Source: Octopus vulgaris | Lineage: Eukaryota | NCBI GenBank assembly: GCA_951406725.2 | Contig: OX597822.1 | Coordinates: 79,484,001 to 79,548,000 of the forward strand | Direction of reading: 5' to 3' | DNA length: 64,000 nt | Shown: positions 39,027 through 53,619 of the stretch, in pieces | How the letters are laid out: every line of letters starts with the position of its first letter | Numbering within the stretch: the stretch's first letter is position 1 | Made by a program: the position numbers and the translations under genes | The notes under the pieces: generated by a model | Databases searched by the model: none | Seen by the model: the letters and a program-made list of their open reading frames with translations, nothing else | What the model was told of the DNA's origin: nothing

Positions 39027-40016
39027 ACGAATACCAGTATTACATATAAGTCAAAGAAATAGCTTACGCCGTTCTGATGAGCATAAAGGTAAAGAATACG
39101 CACACCCAGTATTTAGGGTTAGGGTTTTAGCCTAAGGTTAGGGTTTTTGTTACGCCGAAAACGGATGGTGTGCGTATTTTTTTTTACCTCCGATGTGTAT
39201 GTGGAAGTGTGAAATGCAGTAAGGTTTGTTAAATGAACTCAAGATGGGTAATAAAAATAAATTCAGAGGCAAATTACAATAGACCGCAAAGAAACATTTA
39301 TTATAACTGCAGACATTTCAATCGTAATATTTAATGTTCATGAAAATGTAGAATAAAAGTTAAAGAAAAACCTGAATACAGTATCACAGTAATTCTGGTT
39401 ACTTCTATTCAGCGGTTGGTATAAATGCTAAGCATAAATTCTAAGATTCTAGCTTGAAATCTGTTCAAACTGCAACTTGAAATCAAATCGCGATCAAAGT
39501 TCTTGATCGTTCGTAATATAACTTTCCTCCCTGGAGACTTAACGAGCCAGAACTTCCCATTTTATAACTGACGAACAGACGCCAGGCCAGCCCAGTCACG
39601 TTAAAGATGCGGGCGGTCCAAGTAAAACTAAATGGATCCAACCACCACGCGCTGAATCAAAATGGGCAGTCAAAAGCAAAAATTATCAATGCGGACAGCT
39701 AAAGTTCTGAAGTGCTCATGCTGCCGATACAAAAGTATAGAACAAAGTGACGATTTTTTTGTCTCCTATTTGTTTCAGTCATTGGACAGCGGCAATGCTG
39801 GAGCACCGACTTATTGTGTTTAGCTGAACAAATCTACCCCAAAGTCTAGTATTTTACTGGGCTCTTTGTCGATCTACTGGGTTACAGTAACGTAAATGAA
39901 CCAGCATCGGATGTCAAACGGTGGTAGAAGACTAACACAGACACACTGTCTCACTCACTCACTCACACACACACACACAGACACGCACACACATACACAC
40001 ACGCATACACACACAA

Positions 40017-41700
40017 TTTCTTTATTACCCAGGACGGACTGACAAAGATAAGAAACAAACAACATATTGGGGACATAAAACGCCAAAAACAAAAACAAAA
40101 ACAAAAACAAAACGTATGATAAAAATGAAAGGGTGAAAATAAAAGACGAAAGCGATGTTACTCGCCCCATCGGATAACATCACTTACCTGTCCTCTTTTC
40201 CTATATCCTCTTATAGTCTTTCGAAAAATACATAGTCCCTTATTTTCACACCGTACTGTTTTTCTAGTTCTTTTTTCTCGCCCTGGTCTATTTCCTTTCT
40301 TACTAACAAAAAAACAACAACAAAAAACAACCCCCCCCCAAAAAAAAACCCCCCAAAACCCCCCAAAAACATAAAACATTGTTCAGTTCATTTTCCAGTT
40401 CTTTCACTTGCTTTCCCGTTAAAAGCACTCCTTCTCATCCCAACTATCCGGCAATTTGACTTCACCCCAGTCCCTCAATATTTACAACAGGTCCTCGTCT
40501 TCCTTGTCTCATAAACCTAAAGCAGGAGAGGAATTTTGCAAGTTGTTCTGTGTGTGTATTATTTGCTTTCTTGTTGGCGGGGAATGGGTAGGTTTTGTGT
40601 CTGCAGGGGAAGGGTGGGACGAAGAGGGTGTGGGTGGTGCTGGGATAGGTTGGGGTTCATTATAACTTGCCTTCTTTCTTTTTCTCTACTTCCTTTCACC
40701 ATTGATTTCCCATTCTGCTTGATCTTCCCTCTTTTCCTCTTCTGCCTTTCTCTGTTCCTTTTGCGGTTCCCGGATATCTTTTACCTCTTTTACGGGTAGC
40801 TTCGTTGGTTCTTTCGCTTGTGGAGGGCAGTTAGCTCTTATGTGGCCTTTCAGGCCACATTTAAAACATCGAGGAGTTCTGCCCTCCATCCATACTCCTA
40901 GACTTATGTCTCCCATCGTAATTACCTCTGTTAAGCGTTCCAGGACTTCAGTTTCCGCTTGTACGCTCATCTCTGATACTCCTCCTTCCCAGTTGCCTTC
41001 ATCCATAATCATTTCCTGAAGTATATCTGCCTTATCCTCATTGTCAATGAGAATGGCTGCCACTACCCATTCAGCTTCTATGTCGGGCGGGATTCCTTCC
41101 ACCCTGGTTCTGGACGTCTTCCTGCCAAGATACGAGAGCATAAGGACTACTTTTTCTGTTTTGATAGTCCTTGCTGCCATCCTCCTAGCGACTGCCTCTG
41201 ACTCGAACTGCACAACGACAGTACCATAGTTATTCCCTCTTGTCAGGAATATTATTTTCTCTGCTGTTGACCGTAATGCTTCCTCCACGGTTTCCATTCC
41301 GAGTGAATCTATTTTCCTTTTTTCTGTTGCAAATACTTTGTAAGTTATAGTTTTCCTTTCAAAACTCTTCATCGTCTTCCTTGGCGGTGACAATTCCACG
41401 TCACCGCCTACCTTATTCCCCCAATTTTTGGCCATCTGGCAGCTTAGTAATGTTAATCTCCTTTTTTGTTGGTTTCATCGCTCCTGCAAAAGTCCTTCTT
41501 CCTTCTAACGCCATATCCAGTCTGCTGACCGCTCTCGCCAGTTCCTCCTCCGAAGTCGATAGGTCCGACTCACTGAGGTCAGAATACCTGTTCCTCCTTG
41601 CCATTTCTCAAGAAACACCACTGCTGCGAACAGCAAAAATCCAAAGCAATTACGTAAAACAAATACAACCTTGAACCATTCATCTTACACAGACGAAAAA
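40017..41700 (-). mobile_element. ORF1-only L1/Tx1 derivative (HAL1-like or internally deleted)
   Basis: Frameshifted ORF1 at 40686-41604 with CFKCGLKGHIRANC, homologous to ORF1 at 36700-37400; AATAAA on the minus strand at 40021-40026; no ORF2 motifs in between. Confidence 0.75.
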
Positions 41701-44700
41701 AACGCAAAGCATCACACACGGCATGCTGACGATTCTACCACTCACACGACGAGCTTGCACACGATTTCCGTCAGCCAAATTCACTCAAAAGTCGGTCCGG
41801 GACTATAGTAGAAAGCGCTTGGCCAAAGTGCCACGCAGTGGAACTGAACCTGAAACTATGTGGTTTGGGAAGCAAGCTTCTTACCACACAACCATGCTTT
41901 CTTAACTTTTTTCATGCAATCAAATAGGTTCACAATTAAATGGATAGCGTTTCAATTGAAAACTGTCCTCACAGTTCTTCACAATTTTTTTGTAGCGAGA
42001 GCGTGATATTGGCCACACAACAATAATTTAAATGTTCGTTGGTAATGCATGATTATTTGGTGTTTTGCTAACAATTTCAAGATCACGCAGAATGACGAAA
42101 TTTCAATGACATACTTGTTCTCAAACTGGCTTAGTTATACATTTTCAATGGCTGGTTTCTAATATTGTTTGATCGAGCATTGCCTATACAGGTAATAGTT
42201 TAATTCATAAAACTGAAAGCTGTTCTACGTTTCATTGGTCGGTTCGAAGTTGATTATCTTTACATCGTTTTATAGATCCTTTTAACCCATTGTTACTTTC
42301 TTAAAATTGATCATCTCTTTATCGCATTTCTTTAGCTAATTTAGTTGCCTTACTTTCTCATCTTCTCTATTGCATAATAACATCGTGTTTCTTGTTTTAC
42401 TTGAACCGTTAATTTATTCATCCCATATTCACTGGTTGGTGCAGTAGTTCCCATCTATTACTGTCATTCACATTCTGATTTCCTGATTGCTTAAGCTGTA
42501 CTTTTCACTACTTCATATCTTGAGTCAGCAATGATATTTTTAACGCATTTGTTTTCTCTACGTCATAAATTATAGAAATCCACCAAGGAAATAGGCACGG
42601 TAGCTGAAAGTAGCTCATGGTTGCTATGGTTAGTAAGAGACCGCAAGTGGAACCATTCTGTAGATGAAGACTAGCTCAGTCCTCGCTGTCCCCACCCAGG
42701 CGAAGCATACTGGCTAAGGGGAGAAAAAAACTTGTGGCCCTGAGATATCTGCTGACGATACGGAAGGGTTTCCAGCATTGCAAGCGAGTTAGCCGAAATT
42801 TCAAAGCGTCTGAGCAGCTCCTGCAGTTTCTGCGTGAGGAAAAGCATCTCCGATGTTTATTGCATTGATTTCACCCATAATATCTAAAGTTGCGGAATGG
42901 TTTGGATATAATTTGGAGTGTACATTTATTTAAACTATTATATTATTTCGTGGATAGATTTGTATTGCTGTTGCTTTGTGTAGGCTTTGTTGTACCTTCC
43001 TTAGTATTATTTCCACCGTTGCTACGCCATCGTATCACGGTTTGCGAAATATATATTCTGGAGACTATAACGTGACAGCACCTAATTTCTTTTCATCACG
43101 AATCATATTTTTGCGTAGTTATCTTTCATTTTTCAACCAAATAAACAGCGCATGTCCTGGAAAATTTTACATAAATACTGACACAGTCAACTTGCCGAGG
43201 TATTTATTTTTTATATTATTCTAACTAATGTCTGCTTCAGAACAGTTACTGAATTTCTTCAACAAATATTCCATAACAAGTTATGTGTTGCGTGGATCTC
43301 GATTCGTTGTTTGTGTCTGGATTTTTGCTTGTTATTCTGATATAGTCTTTGTCGGTTGATCCCTTTTGTGATACTTGCAACTTATAGTATACTTCTTTTT
43401 AGGTAATTTCCTCTTCATGAGCGCAGCTTTGTTCCTTTGCAGCTATTCTGATTTCGTGTTTCAGCTACAGGTGATTGATGATCATCCATGGTTACACAAG
43501 GTCCAGTGTTCTTCCCTGCAGGGTAAAGTGATATCTTGAGCAAGTGTCTTTTCCTATATTCTCATATCGGCTCGTGCTTCGTGAGTCAGATTAGATAAAC
43601 GGAAACTGTGTGAAGACCATTGTGTAGATTGTACTTCAAAGATTTCATTTACTTTAATGTTTAATTTTTTTATGTTTATTTATTACTTTGTCCTATATAT
43701 TCTAATATATTTTCCCTATGAATTTCATCCTATTATATCTTTTCATAGTTAGTGCTATTCAATTGTATTTATGTATCGACTTCAATTGTCAGTTTTCATT
43801 TTTTATTTGGCTGCTATTACTAGTACTAAGAGAAAGCTGCCACGAACCATTCTATTTTTCCATGACAAATCAAGCAAAACCTCAGTCCCTTTCTACCCAT
43901 GGCCTATATTTAATGTCACTGGATGTTGTATAAGCAATCTCACCCTGCACGCTTGAAATAATGATCAATATTACCATTTATTATTTATCAATTATCATTC
44001 ACACTCAGGATTCTTAGAAGGAACAGCTATTTAGGAAAACCCTATCTTTACACACTCGTTCAAACACAAACAAAAATCCACATAAAAGGGCAAATAACAC
44101 GACCATCCCCTCTAAACCGCTCTAAAAGTAATAACAATAAGAACAACGTCCAAGTTGTTGCTTTTCACTACATATCGCATTTTTTTGCCATATTCTATGT
44201 TGCCAATCACATTCCGGGTTTCTAACACTTCCCCACACATACATGCGCACACACACAGACACACACGAACTCATGTATTATACTACTCTCAAATTCTTAA
44301 TATTTTAGATTATGATTATATAAGAATTTGAAGTGGAAAACAGAGGGGAATATTTTATGCCTTTCGACTTTGTTTCTTCATTGATATAATGATTTAGTTA
44401 CAATCATTTTGAAAGCAAAATCTTATTTTCGAGACCCATGTGGTCCCTGATATTTCTAGCATACTAAACGATTACGTAGGGGACAGACCACCTTTGAGCT
44501 TGTTTAAAAAAAACAGATAACGATTACCATAAAATAATGAAAGAAATATGAATTCAGTAATTAGGGATAGCATTGTACTGCTTTTTACAAATTTTTTTTT
44601 CAGAGAATTTTCTGGAAAGGGTGAAATGGTCCTCAAAAGCAGAATTCTTCCAGGGTAATTGTAATGAAATCATGAAAACGTATGAGAGAAACAAAGTTGG

Positions 44701-47116
44701 GACAAAGTGCAACTTTATATTTTCCAGAAATATAAATAGAGGCTGTACTACCTCACAGAATAATTGAAATGTCGCATCGGATGAGATTTGTGACTGAAGA
44801 GCGTATATGAAATATTCAATGATAAAAGAATTTCCAAAATTTTGATAAAAGTATACTAGAAATTAAATTTATGAAAAAATTCCAGACAGTGTAGCCATTA
44901 TTTTCTTTTAGTGAAAGTGAGAAAAAAAAAATTACTGTTTATATGATTGTAGTTTCGCGACAGCCTTAGTAATAATACTGAATCGAATTAAAAGTACCTG
45001 GCGGTATTTCTTTACTCTGAGTTCGTGGTTTAAACACAGCCATAAAATTTGATTGCTATTTCTAGAACATCAAGCTATCATTTTGAAGTTCCCTGGTTGG
45101 CCTCGTTTATTATGGTGCTAGCAATGGTGATGTTTGACTTTGAAACATTGTTTTGTACAGGAACGTAGTCTTGATAAACCAGAAATGCTAGCACTAAACA
45201 TGACAATGTACATAGCTATACTTTAGCGTAATCGGGACTTCCAGTCCTACAAACTAATCAAGGACTTTAAAAAAATAATAAAGAACGCCAAGCTATATAA
45301 TTTGCAATATTTATTCAGCCTTTTAACGTTCTGTGAAAAAGCGTAGACTATTAAATTCTTGGGCTTATGACCGTAATGTTGTGGGTTCTATTTCGGTGTA
45401 TCCTAAGCTGAGAGAATTCTTTTCATGTTGACAGAGCCCATTCAGATGTAAAGGTGTTTGTCACAGATCGTCATCTTGCGAGACTTCTGGCCTAAAATCT
45501 TGCAAATACAAGATGTCGACGGCCCTTGATAGCTGCTGCATACTGTGCAAGGGTTGAAAATTTTCTGTTACCGAACTCAAAATGAGGATAACGATATACT
45601 TTGAGTAAATTCAAACGTTCCAGTAGCAGCCATAGCCATCATTGAGCAAACTTTTAACCAAAGACATTCTAACCCTGACCATCCCGTTGTTTTTATTCCA
45701 GACACTATACAACTAGGATACAATATCTAAAATGTTGTTTTCTTAGACAGTAGGGAATGAATTGGGAAAGATTTTGCAGTTCTTTCACGCATTTGAAGTG
45801 ATATCCCAATAAAGTAGGTAGGTACCAACTACATATCGGGAGAGATAGATTTTTGGTAATTCCTTCGAAGGAACCCCCCATTTTGTTCTCTTGTATTCAT
45901 GATCGTACTCTTTCGGTCATTACCCAGCATTTTCACTTCAATGTTTCTTAGTGCCGATATTAGAAGTGCTATGATGTTTGTGTTATCGTATCATTCGTTC
46001 TGCTTATTCTAACTTCACACATTGCAACAGTTTTATTTGATTTTCTTTGAAGGTTCTGCATTCAAAACGTAAGAACTAAGATGAATTTTGAGGTAAATAA
46101 CGTTTAATTTTATTCTGTCATTTTAAATTTCCGGTGGTTAACTACCTTAATTGGTCTCAACAGCTAACTGAATAGCATAAAAACCATACGCTTATAATAA
46201 AGAAAAAAAAACTCTCTTTGTTCCCTCTCCACCTTTCTCACTCTGACTTTTTTCTTTGTCTCTCTATCTGTACTTCTCTGTGAATAAATATATATTCACA
46301 CGAGGGAACAAACGAAAGAAATTAGCACTCAACAAATTTAATTAGTTATATGCCGAACCTCCAGCCATGTAATAAGACGGACTTGTCGTATTCGCCCACG
46401 AAACTTTAAGTCAAATTTCAGGCCTTGTGCTCATAGTAGAAACGAATATATTGCAATGATTTTGCTGAAAGAAACCATGTCGAAGAGAAGTTAAATCGAA
46501 ATCATTTTATCGACGCTTCACTTTTGTTTTTATTTATGTTTTTATTGCTTATTTCGACTGAATGGATCGATTATTTACCAAAGTGTTGTTTGTTTCTAAT
46601 CTTACCAGAAAACATTCAGGTCACCGAAGTGAAGGCCCTCTAAAGGAGCATAGACACCACCCCTCTCTTCTAAGATATTTAAAAATCAATAATTAAATTT
46701 GCGTGGTTTTTCTCTCCAATACCGTATTTGAAAAGTTTCTGATTCTAATGTAACAGATCATCCTCGCTGGCAGATGTTTAGTTCTAAGTCAAACTTGATC
46801 CAACTAACCTATTATCAAAGATGTTCCTTGTGACTCTCGTCTTTCTGTTTTCTGACAAAGTGTATCTAGAACTACATTATCTAATGTGACTTCCTCTTAA
46901 AAGTACTGGTGTTATTTCAGACATTTATTTTCTAACAGGTTGAGCAACCACAAAATGGTTTCGTCTCGACTTGCTTGATCCAGATTGTATGTACGTGAAA
47001 AAATGTGTGCGTTTGTGGTAGGGAAACAGCTGTTATGGCTGCAACAGAAAATAATTTGTCAGTAATAGTTTAGCATAAATAACTTACAATTACTACTGAA
47101 CTTTCTTTGAAGGAAA

Positions 47117-47151
<35 letters not shown>

Positions 47152-48185
47152 CTGTGTGGATATACGTCGATTAAATATTCTTATTCTTCCTGGGATTAAA
47201 GATTTATATTGATTTACATCCGATATACAATTGTATAGTAGCTGTCATACCTGAATATAGATCTTATTAGTTTAGAATGTAATCAGTTTTTAGATTATTA
47301 TTATTTATACTTTTACAAAATGTCAACTTCGAATTTACTTTCAAATATACACTTTGTAATCCAGGAATTTCGTTCTGTGAATACAGTACAGAATCTGTTA
47401 GTTTTAATTCTAAAAGATCGAATGTAATTTTATCTTTTTATATTCGATTCCATTTCAAAGGATTATTAGCACTTCTACTGTTTATTTAGCATTTGAGGGT
47501 TACCAGCTAATAGTCATAAATGTTTTAAATAGTTTCATTGCATATTCATCTGAATGTTTAAGGAAGAGTGCATTTTAGTAGTCATTAATCCACTGCGAAA
47601 TTTAGAAAACAAAACCGAAAATTTGCTTTCTCAGCACGTTATTTCGATTTTAATATACGTTGCTCAGCTCTATTCTACATTTATACTTTCATCATCGTCG
47701 TCGTCATCCTCATCCTCATCATCACCGTCGTCGTCGTCGTCGTCGTCATCATCATCATCATCAACACGTACACATTGCTGTCTCGGGTCCTGGGATTCTT
47801 AGGAACGTTTACCCAATTTCTGTGGCGTACAAGTGACTGAGATCATAGCACAAACCCATAAAAAGGAGGCCAGCCTCTTACATGGTTACTCAACGACTGA
47901 AACAACGTAAAATGGAGCATTTTGTTCAAGAACACATGACACTGTCTAGTCCGAGAATCGAAACCAGAATCTTATGATCAAGAGTGCTATACTCTTACCA
48001 GTGGACCTCGCACCGAGTTCAAATGCCGCCCAGGTCAACTTTGTCTTCTATCCTTTTAGGGTCGATAAAATAAGTACCAGTTGAGCAATGGGGTCGATGT
48101 AACCGACAAGTCCCCTCCTGCCAAATTCCAGACCTTGTGCCAATAGTAGAAAAGATTATTATCATTTTTATTTATTGTTTTTCAG

Positions 48186-48295
48186 ATCCTGTTCAATATT
48201 ATTGGCTTCATTTTAAACACATTCCTCTTTACATTAAGCAAACTCACTTTTCTCTACTTATTGCACCTTCACGAGCACGAATCTAAAGAAACATG
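48186..48295 (+). CDS. CHS: Chitin synthase exon (N-terminal transmembrane region)
   Basis: Acceptor tttttcag| and donor |gtatgt; ILFNIIGFILNTFLFTLSKLTFLYLLHLHEHESKET(W); the phase-2 end fits the next exon (TG|G = Trp). Confidence 0.78.
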
Positions 48296-48592
48296 GTATG
48301 TACATCTATTTCTCTTATAAACATTCTTTGAAAATCTTCATGAAATCAGTTCATGTTATGTTGTTTGTACAAAAACTTTACCAACTAATCTGATTGGGGA
48401 TGCGTTTACGTGCACATACACACACATGCCTAAATACACACATGCATACGTACATTTAATGGTTTGAAATAATGGACTAAACAGTTAAATCGAAGGATAT
48501 TAAGTAAAGACCCTGAAGAAACTGCACTGGTATTATAGTAGGGTTGCAACTGCAACGGTTACTAATCAGTGTATGTGTATACACATACATGC

Positions 48593-48664
<72 letters not shown>

Positions 48665-49007
48665 TTACATTGGATGATAATAGAATTAATGACACCTTCG
48701 TAAATTAATTTTTGGCATATATATATATATATAATATGGTCTTGCTAAATTATCTATTAAAGGATGGCAAGTAATATTATTTGCTAAAGAAATTCGAAAC
48801 CATGGTATAACCGTTAAATAACAAGGTAAAAGTTTTTATTTTTCATCTACTTCGAAATTTGCTATTAAATTGTGGTTTTTTGGCCGTGTTGGCTGCTATT
48901 TCTAGCATGTAAAAATTACCTATTAAAGGGTAATTTTCTATTTTGAAATATGAATATATATATATGTAGTTTACAGTATAAGATGCATAGAAGGTGCTTG
49001 TAAGGAC

Positions 49008-49262
49008 ATGAACATAATGTACATAGGGAAGATGTCTAGGAGCATTGCGGAACGGATAAATGAACATCTAAGACAATATGACGACAGAAAACAGTCCTCC
49101 ATACTCTACCAACATGCCAAAGACCACCATGGAGGTAACTTGGGTCAACTTGACACCCGCATATTATCCAAGTACCCAAAAGACCCAACACTCAGACAAA
49201 TACGGGAGTACGTCCTTATAAATGAAACTTCCCCAATACTAAATAGGAAATATACACAATAA
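49008..49262 (+). mobile_element. Penelope GIY-YIG endonuclease fragment
   Basis: YIGKMSRSIAERINEH...LYQHAKDHH...RQIREYVLINETSPILN. Confidence 0.82.
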
Positions 49263-49466
49263 ATACCATACCTCCAGACCCACAGTTTACACAGGTAGAG
49301 TAGAATAGTTAGTGGACTGTTAAGTAGATAAATGTATGTATGTATGTGGGTGTGAGTGTGTGTGTATGCTTTTTTTTAATCACTTTTTTTGGTTATATTT
49401 TTATTTTTTATTTTTTATATATTTTTATATATTTTTATATATTTTTTATTTTTATATTTTTTATTT

Positions 49467-49502
<36 letters not shown>

Positions 49503-49512
49503 TTTCTGTATG

Positions 49513-49960
49513 TAAGCATTTAGATATGTAAATAAACAGATCAATATACAGACGGATAGGTATATAGGCTATATGAACAAACACATATGGATCCACGGAT
49601 CCACACATATAAAGATACACATCCATACATACAAACATGGTACATAGTTACATAACACACACACACACATATATACATACACATGCAAACACACACACAC
49701 ATACACACACACACATACATACGTACATACATGCATGTATAGGCACACACACATACTGACCCACTGACCCACACTCATGCGCACAAACAAACAAAAGGGA
49801 ACGCAGTGTAAATAACGGACAGAGTCAAGACTATTGAAAAGGTTGCAAGACGCAACGAAAATTTTAGAAAATAAAAAATAAGAAATAAGTGGAAATTTTA
49901 CCGGTGAGTGAGTTAAATAATAAGGCACTAAAAGGGAATGACTCTCCCCAGACACAACAG
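49513..49960. repeat. Dispersed repeat, inverted partner of 60906-61406
   Basis: Reverse-complement match of both unique segments (e.g. gactctccccagacacaacag / ctgttgtgtctggggagagtc). Confidence 0.88.
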
Positions 49961-50015
49961 AATATGCTTCAACACACGAACTCATATAAAGAATCTTGCA
50001 AACCAAATCCCAAAA

Positions 50016-50054
<39 letters not shown>

Positions 50055-50056
<2 letters not shown>

Positions 50057-50398
50057 ACTTATAAATAAGGGCAAACGAAAAAACTTCTAATGCCAAATAT
50101 GCCAAAAATTGGATATATTGTCCATTTACCATATAATTTTTCCCAGTACGCACGCTACTCGAAAAAAGGTCGACAGAAATCTCTAAAAAATTCCATTATT
50201 ACCATATCGGACCGATTTCAGGGTTAGTTCAAAAAGAAATCGGACCGATATGGTAATAATGGAATTTTTAGAGATTTCTGTCGAACCTTTTTCGAGTAGC
50301 GTGAGTACTGGGAAAACTTTTATGGTAATGGACAATATGTCCAATTTTTGGCATATTTGGCATTAGAAATTTTTTCGTTTGCCCTTATTTATAAGTTG
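50055..50398. repeat. Long hairpin: ~165-bp inverted arms, 16-bp loop
   Basis: 50055-50219 is the reverse complement of 50236-50398 with scattered mismatches. Confidence 0.93.
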
Positions 50399-50479
50399 AT
50401 TATAATTTAACCTTTAAAGGTATTTTTTAATATGCTGGCCATTGATAAAATTTTTTTTAGAAAAATTTTTATCCTCCAT

Positions 50480-50515
<36 letters not shown>

Positions 50516-50549
50516 TACATATATCATAATGGGTGAGGCCTGATTATAG

Positions 50550-50606
50550 GATTACCCTGGGTTTCATGCCCATAAAGGGTTTGGCTTTAGGGCGCATCTT
50601 CAGACC
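50550..50606 (-). ncRNA. Minimal type I hammerhead
   Basis: ggt-CTGAAGA-tgcgccctaaag...ctttatgggcat-GAAA-cccaggg-TA-atc; core intact, stem I short. Confidence 0.65.
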
Positions 50607-50625
50607 ACAAACCTGTTGGACTATT

Positions 50626-50956
50626 ACCTCTTCAGAATATGGAGGAGGATATGCCTCGCTGGGAAGGTAAACGATAGGTAATTATTTTTCTTTGCTATTT
50701 AGCTATCGAGTTCCGGCCCCTACATCAACGAGACGAAACGTTGCAAGTTATGCGCGAGATTTTCGGACCATGTTTGCATGGCACAGCTGGAAGCCGATAC
50801 CAAGATCGAAGGGAGACAATCGTTTATCTTCGAAGTGTTTGGTGACCACAAGATGGTGGCGCGGCCAGAACTCGAAAGCGAATGACGAAGGGAGATAATC
50901 ACCTATTGTTTACCTTCCCAGCAAGGTATTTCGCCCCCTCCACATTTTGAAGAGGT
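50626..50956. mobile_element. MITE-like element with ~60-bp TIRs
   Basis: acctcttcagaatatggagg...gggaaggtaaacgataggt is inverted at 50896-50956. Confidence 0.7.
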
Positions 50957-51004
<48 letters not shown>

Positions 51005-51711
51005 ATCTCGATTATATGCTTACACGAGAAAATATCAGATCTAGACAAAGAATGAAATTTATAACTATTCATTTAATAAAAAGAAAAAAAAGGGTTCACC
51101 TTTTTATGGATGAATGTTATAGCAATAAAACTGACTTCCTTTCTGCAGCTTTGCAATGTTATCGGTATATGATATACGATATATATGCCAAGTTTTCTAG
51201 GAAGGAAACAAACCAACAGCCCTTTCAAAGCCTCCAATTATTTGATTTCCGAAAATGATCTTCGCCAGCCTCAGAACTACATTCTCTGTCGTCTTCAGCT
51301 TCAAAGATAGATAATTCTTTAATAACCTTCTTCATCTTATCGTTTCTGTACTACAAAAGGGTTTCTCAACAGTGCTGTATATCTTTAACTTTAAAAGGTT
51401 CTTAGAAGGGCTCAGAATCTCTAGGCAAAAGGCATAATTGTATTTGTTGAGAAATAGCCAGATCATTGAATAGCATCAATAGAAAGGTGCCTTTTGCATA
51501 AACTCTTGAACTTTGAGAGATTCATTACCATCACATATGGAAATCCTTCAAGTTCCATGCAAAACACAGTGAGTCCAACAGTCACCTTTCAGGGATATAC
51601 CCTAGTAGATTTTCTCTTTGTGATTCTGATGGATCATATTCTTGAAATAAATTCTGAACTCTATCCAAGACATAACCTCACCGTCAACTGATCAAAACTT
51701 TAGCTAAGCCT

Positions 51712-51838
<127 letters not shown>

Positions 51839-51998
51839 TATGCATATAAACATATATATATATATAAGTTCAGCAGCAATTTAGGTTCAAATGAATTTTG
51901 TACTTAATTTAGATGCACCAGAATTTTGTATGGTGTTATCCATAAAAATTTGCGGGGTGATTATAATCAAAAGTAAGCAACAAGAATGATTCTGGTAA

Positions 51999-52086
51999 TT
52001 TGGTACAATTGTTTTGCACTACAACATTTTATTAAAAGTTGTAATTATTACAGCAGAATTAAGATGTTGAGTACTCTTCAGTCAAA
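51999..52086 (-). ncRNA. Degenerate hammerhead in a PLE remnant
   Basis: tttga-CTGAAGA-gtac...gtgc-AAAA-caattg-TA-ccaaa (G12A); palindrome acaattgt. Confidence 0.5.
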
Positions 52087-53049
52087 AATATAGGTTTTCA
52101 AATAATGCAAAAGCTTTTAAATCAAGTAGTAACATTTTAGAGAAAGTAGATATACAGATAAAGATGTAGAATTAAATTAGGTTGTGAAGTCCAGCCACTA
52201 ACTGACCAAAACTATGGTTGTGTTTAACTAGTTGTAGGAGTGAGGGTAAGGGGGGTTTCAGAATACCATAAAAGGAATTCAAGTTGCCACTAACAAAATG
52301 CCAATTACTGCTATATGGTGAGAAGAAACTAGGTCAGTGTCAAAAGGTCATTTATCTCCTTTACAAAGAGTAGGGAAAAAAACAAAAGAAACTATCAATT
52401 ATTATTATGAGAAGACAGAATTTTATAATAGGGGGATAGCTTTATTAATTTTAAAACTAGATTAGATTTAGAAAAAATTCAATTTCAAGTTTACAGTGAA
52501 GTTTTTTTAGTCCTCCATGAAAGTTAAGTTGAAGGCTAGTATAGTATATTTCTTATTAATATTATAATATAGGAATACTCATAATTTTTATTTAAAGTAT
52601 TTAAACGTTCTAGTTATGGAATGTATGCAAGATTTACCCAAATCTATACGATTATTCAATAGATTTATATTACTATGATGTTTTAAAATTTCATAAGTTT
52701 CCATAGAACAAAGTTGGCAACCTTCCCTACTATTTCTATAAGGTTTCGCCCTTCTAACTATATCCCATTTTAGGTTGAATCATGTATATATATTAAATTA
52801 GAGATAAAACCACTATTAAGCAAATCAAACAGTGAAAAATTAATAATTCATAAAAAATTTTTAATATATTTTTATATATTTTGTATATTATATTAATTAA
52901 TTTTATTTCTATGTTTTGGTTTATGTTTTTCACTGTTTGATTTACCTAATAGTGGTTTTATCTCTAATTTAATATATATATATATTTATACTGTAAAATT
53001 GGATTTAATCCTTAATCTAATTTTTCCTTGTAAATTTGGATTTACTCCC

Positions 53050-53130
<81 letters not shown>

Positions 53131-53141
53131 CATATATATAT

Positions 53142-53187
<46 letters not shown>

Positions 53188-53411
53188 ATTATTATTATTG
53201 AATGGAAGAAATGGAGTTGAACGAAGATTGTACAGAATTCTTCTTTATTACATTCAATAATAATATTAAACTTCAATTATCCGCACCAACGCACGGTTGC
53301 AACACCAAATGGTCTTATCTCCAACCGTGTATTTTCTGCTGTGATTTTTGTTACCCAGGTATCGGTTAAACTTTTGAATAATCTGTAACAAGAAAATTCA
53401 TCTTTCTATTT

Positions 53412-53471
<60 letters not shown>

Positions 53472-53527
53472 ATATATATATATATATATATATATAAAAA
53501 ACAAACAACAAGGATATCCAGAGGTAA

Positions 53528-53619
53528 TGCAGTACGATCGTTTCATGCGACTCCATTTAATTGAACAATGCAATCATTTCATTACATCAGTTTAAAATGT
53601 AGAGCAATCTTCAGCTGCA
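53528..53619 (-). ncRNA. Intact minimal type I hammerhead
   Basis: tgcag-CTGAAGA-ttgc...gcat-GAAA-cgatcg-TA-ctgca; 5-bp stem I, palindrome acgatcgt; its 3' half is repeated in inverted orientation at 53744-53806. Confidence 0.85.

Noticed and set aside
39070-39225. CTGATGA...GAAA hammerhead-like words (also ~44790-44820 and ~3760-3810)
   Set aside because: Stems I and III cannot be formed convincingly.
42690-42870. GC-richer segment that could be an exon
   Set aside because: No clear splice sites; the minus-strand translation weakly resembles a LINE RT fragment, too weak to call.
44604-44654. Candidate upstream CHS exon (tttttcag|...|gtaatt)
   Set aside because: Its open frames end in phase 1 or 2, incompatible with the phase-0 acceptor at 48186, and there is no recognisable homology; unresolved without RNA data.
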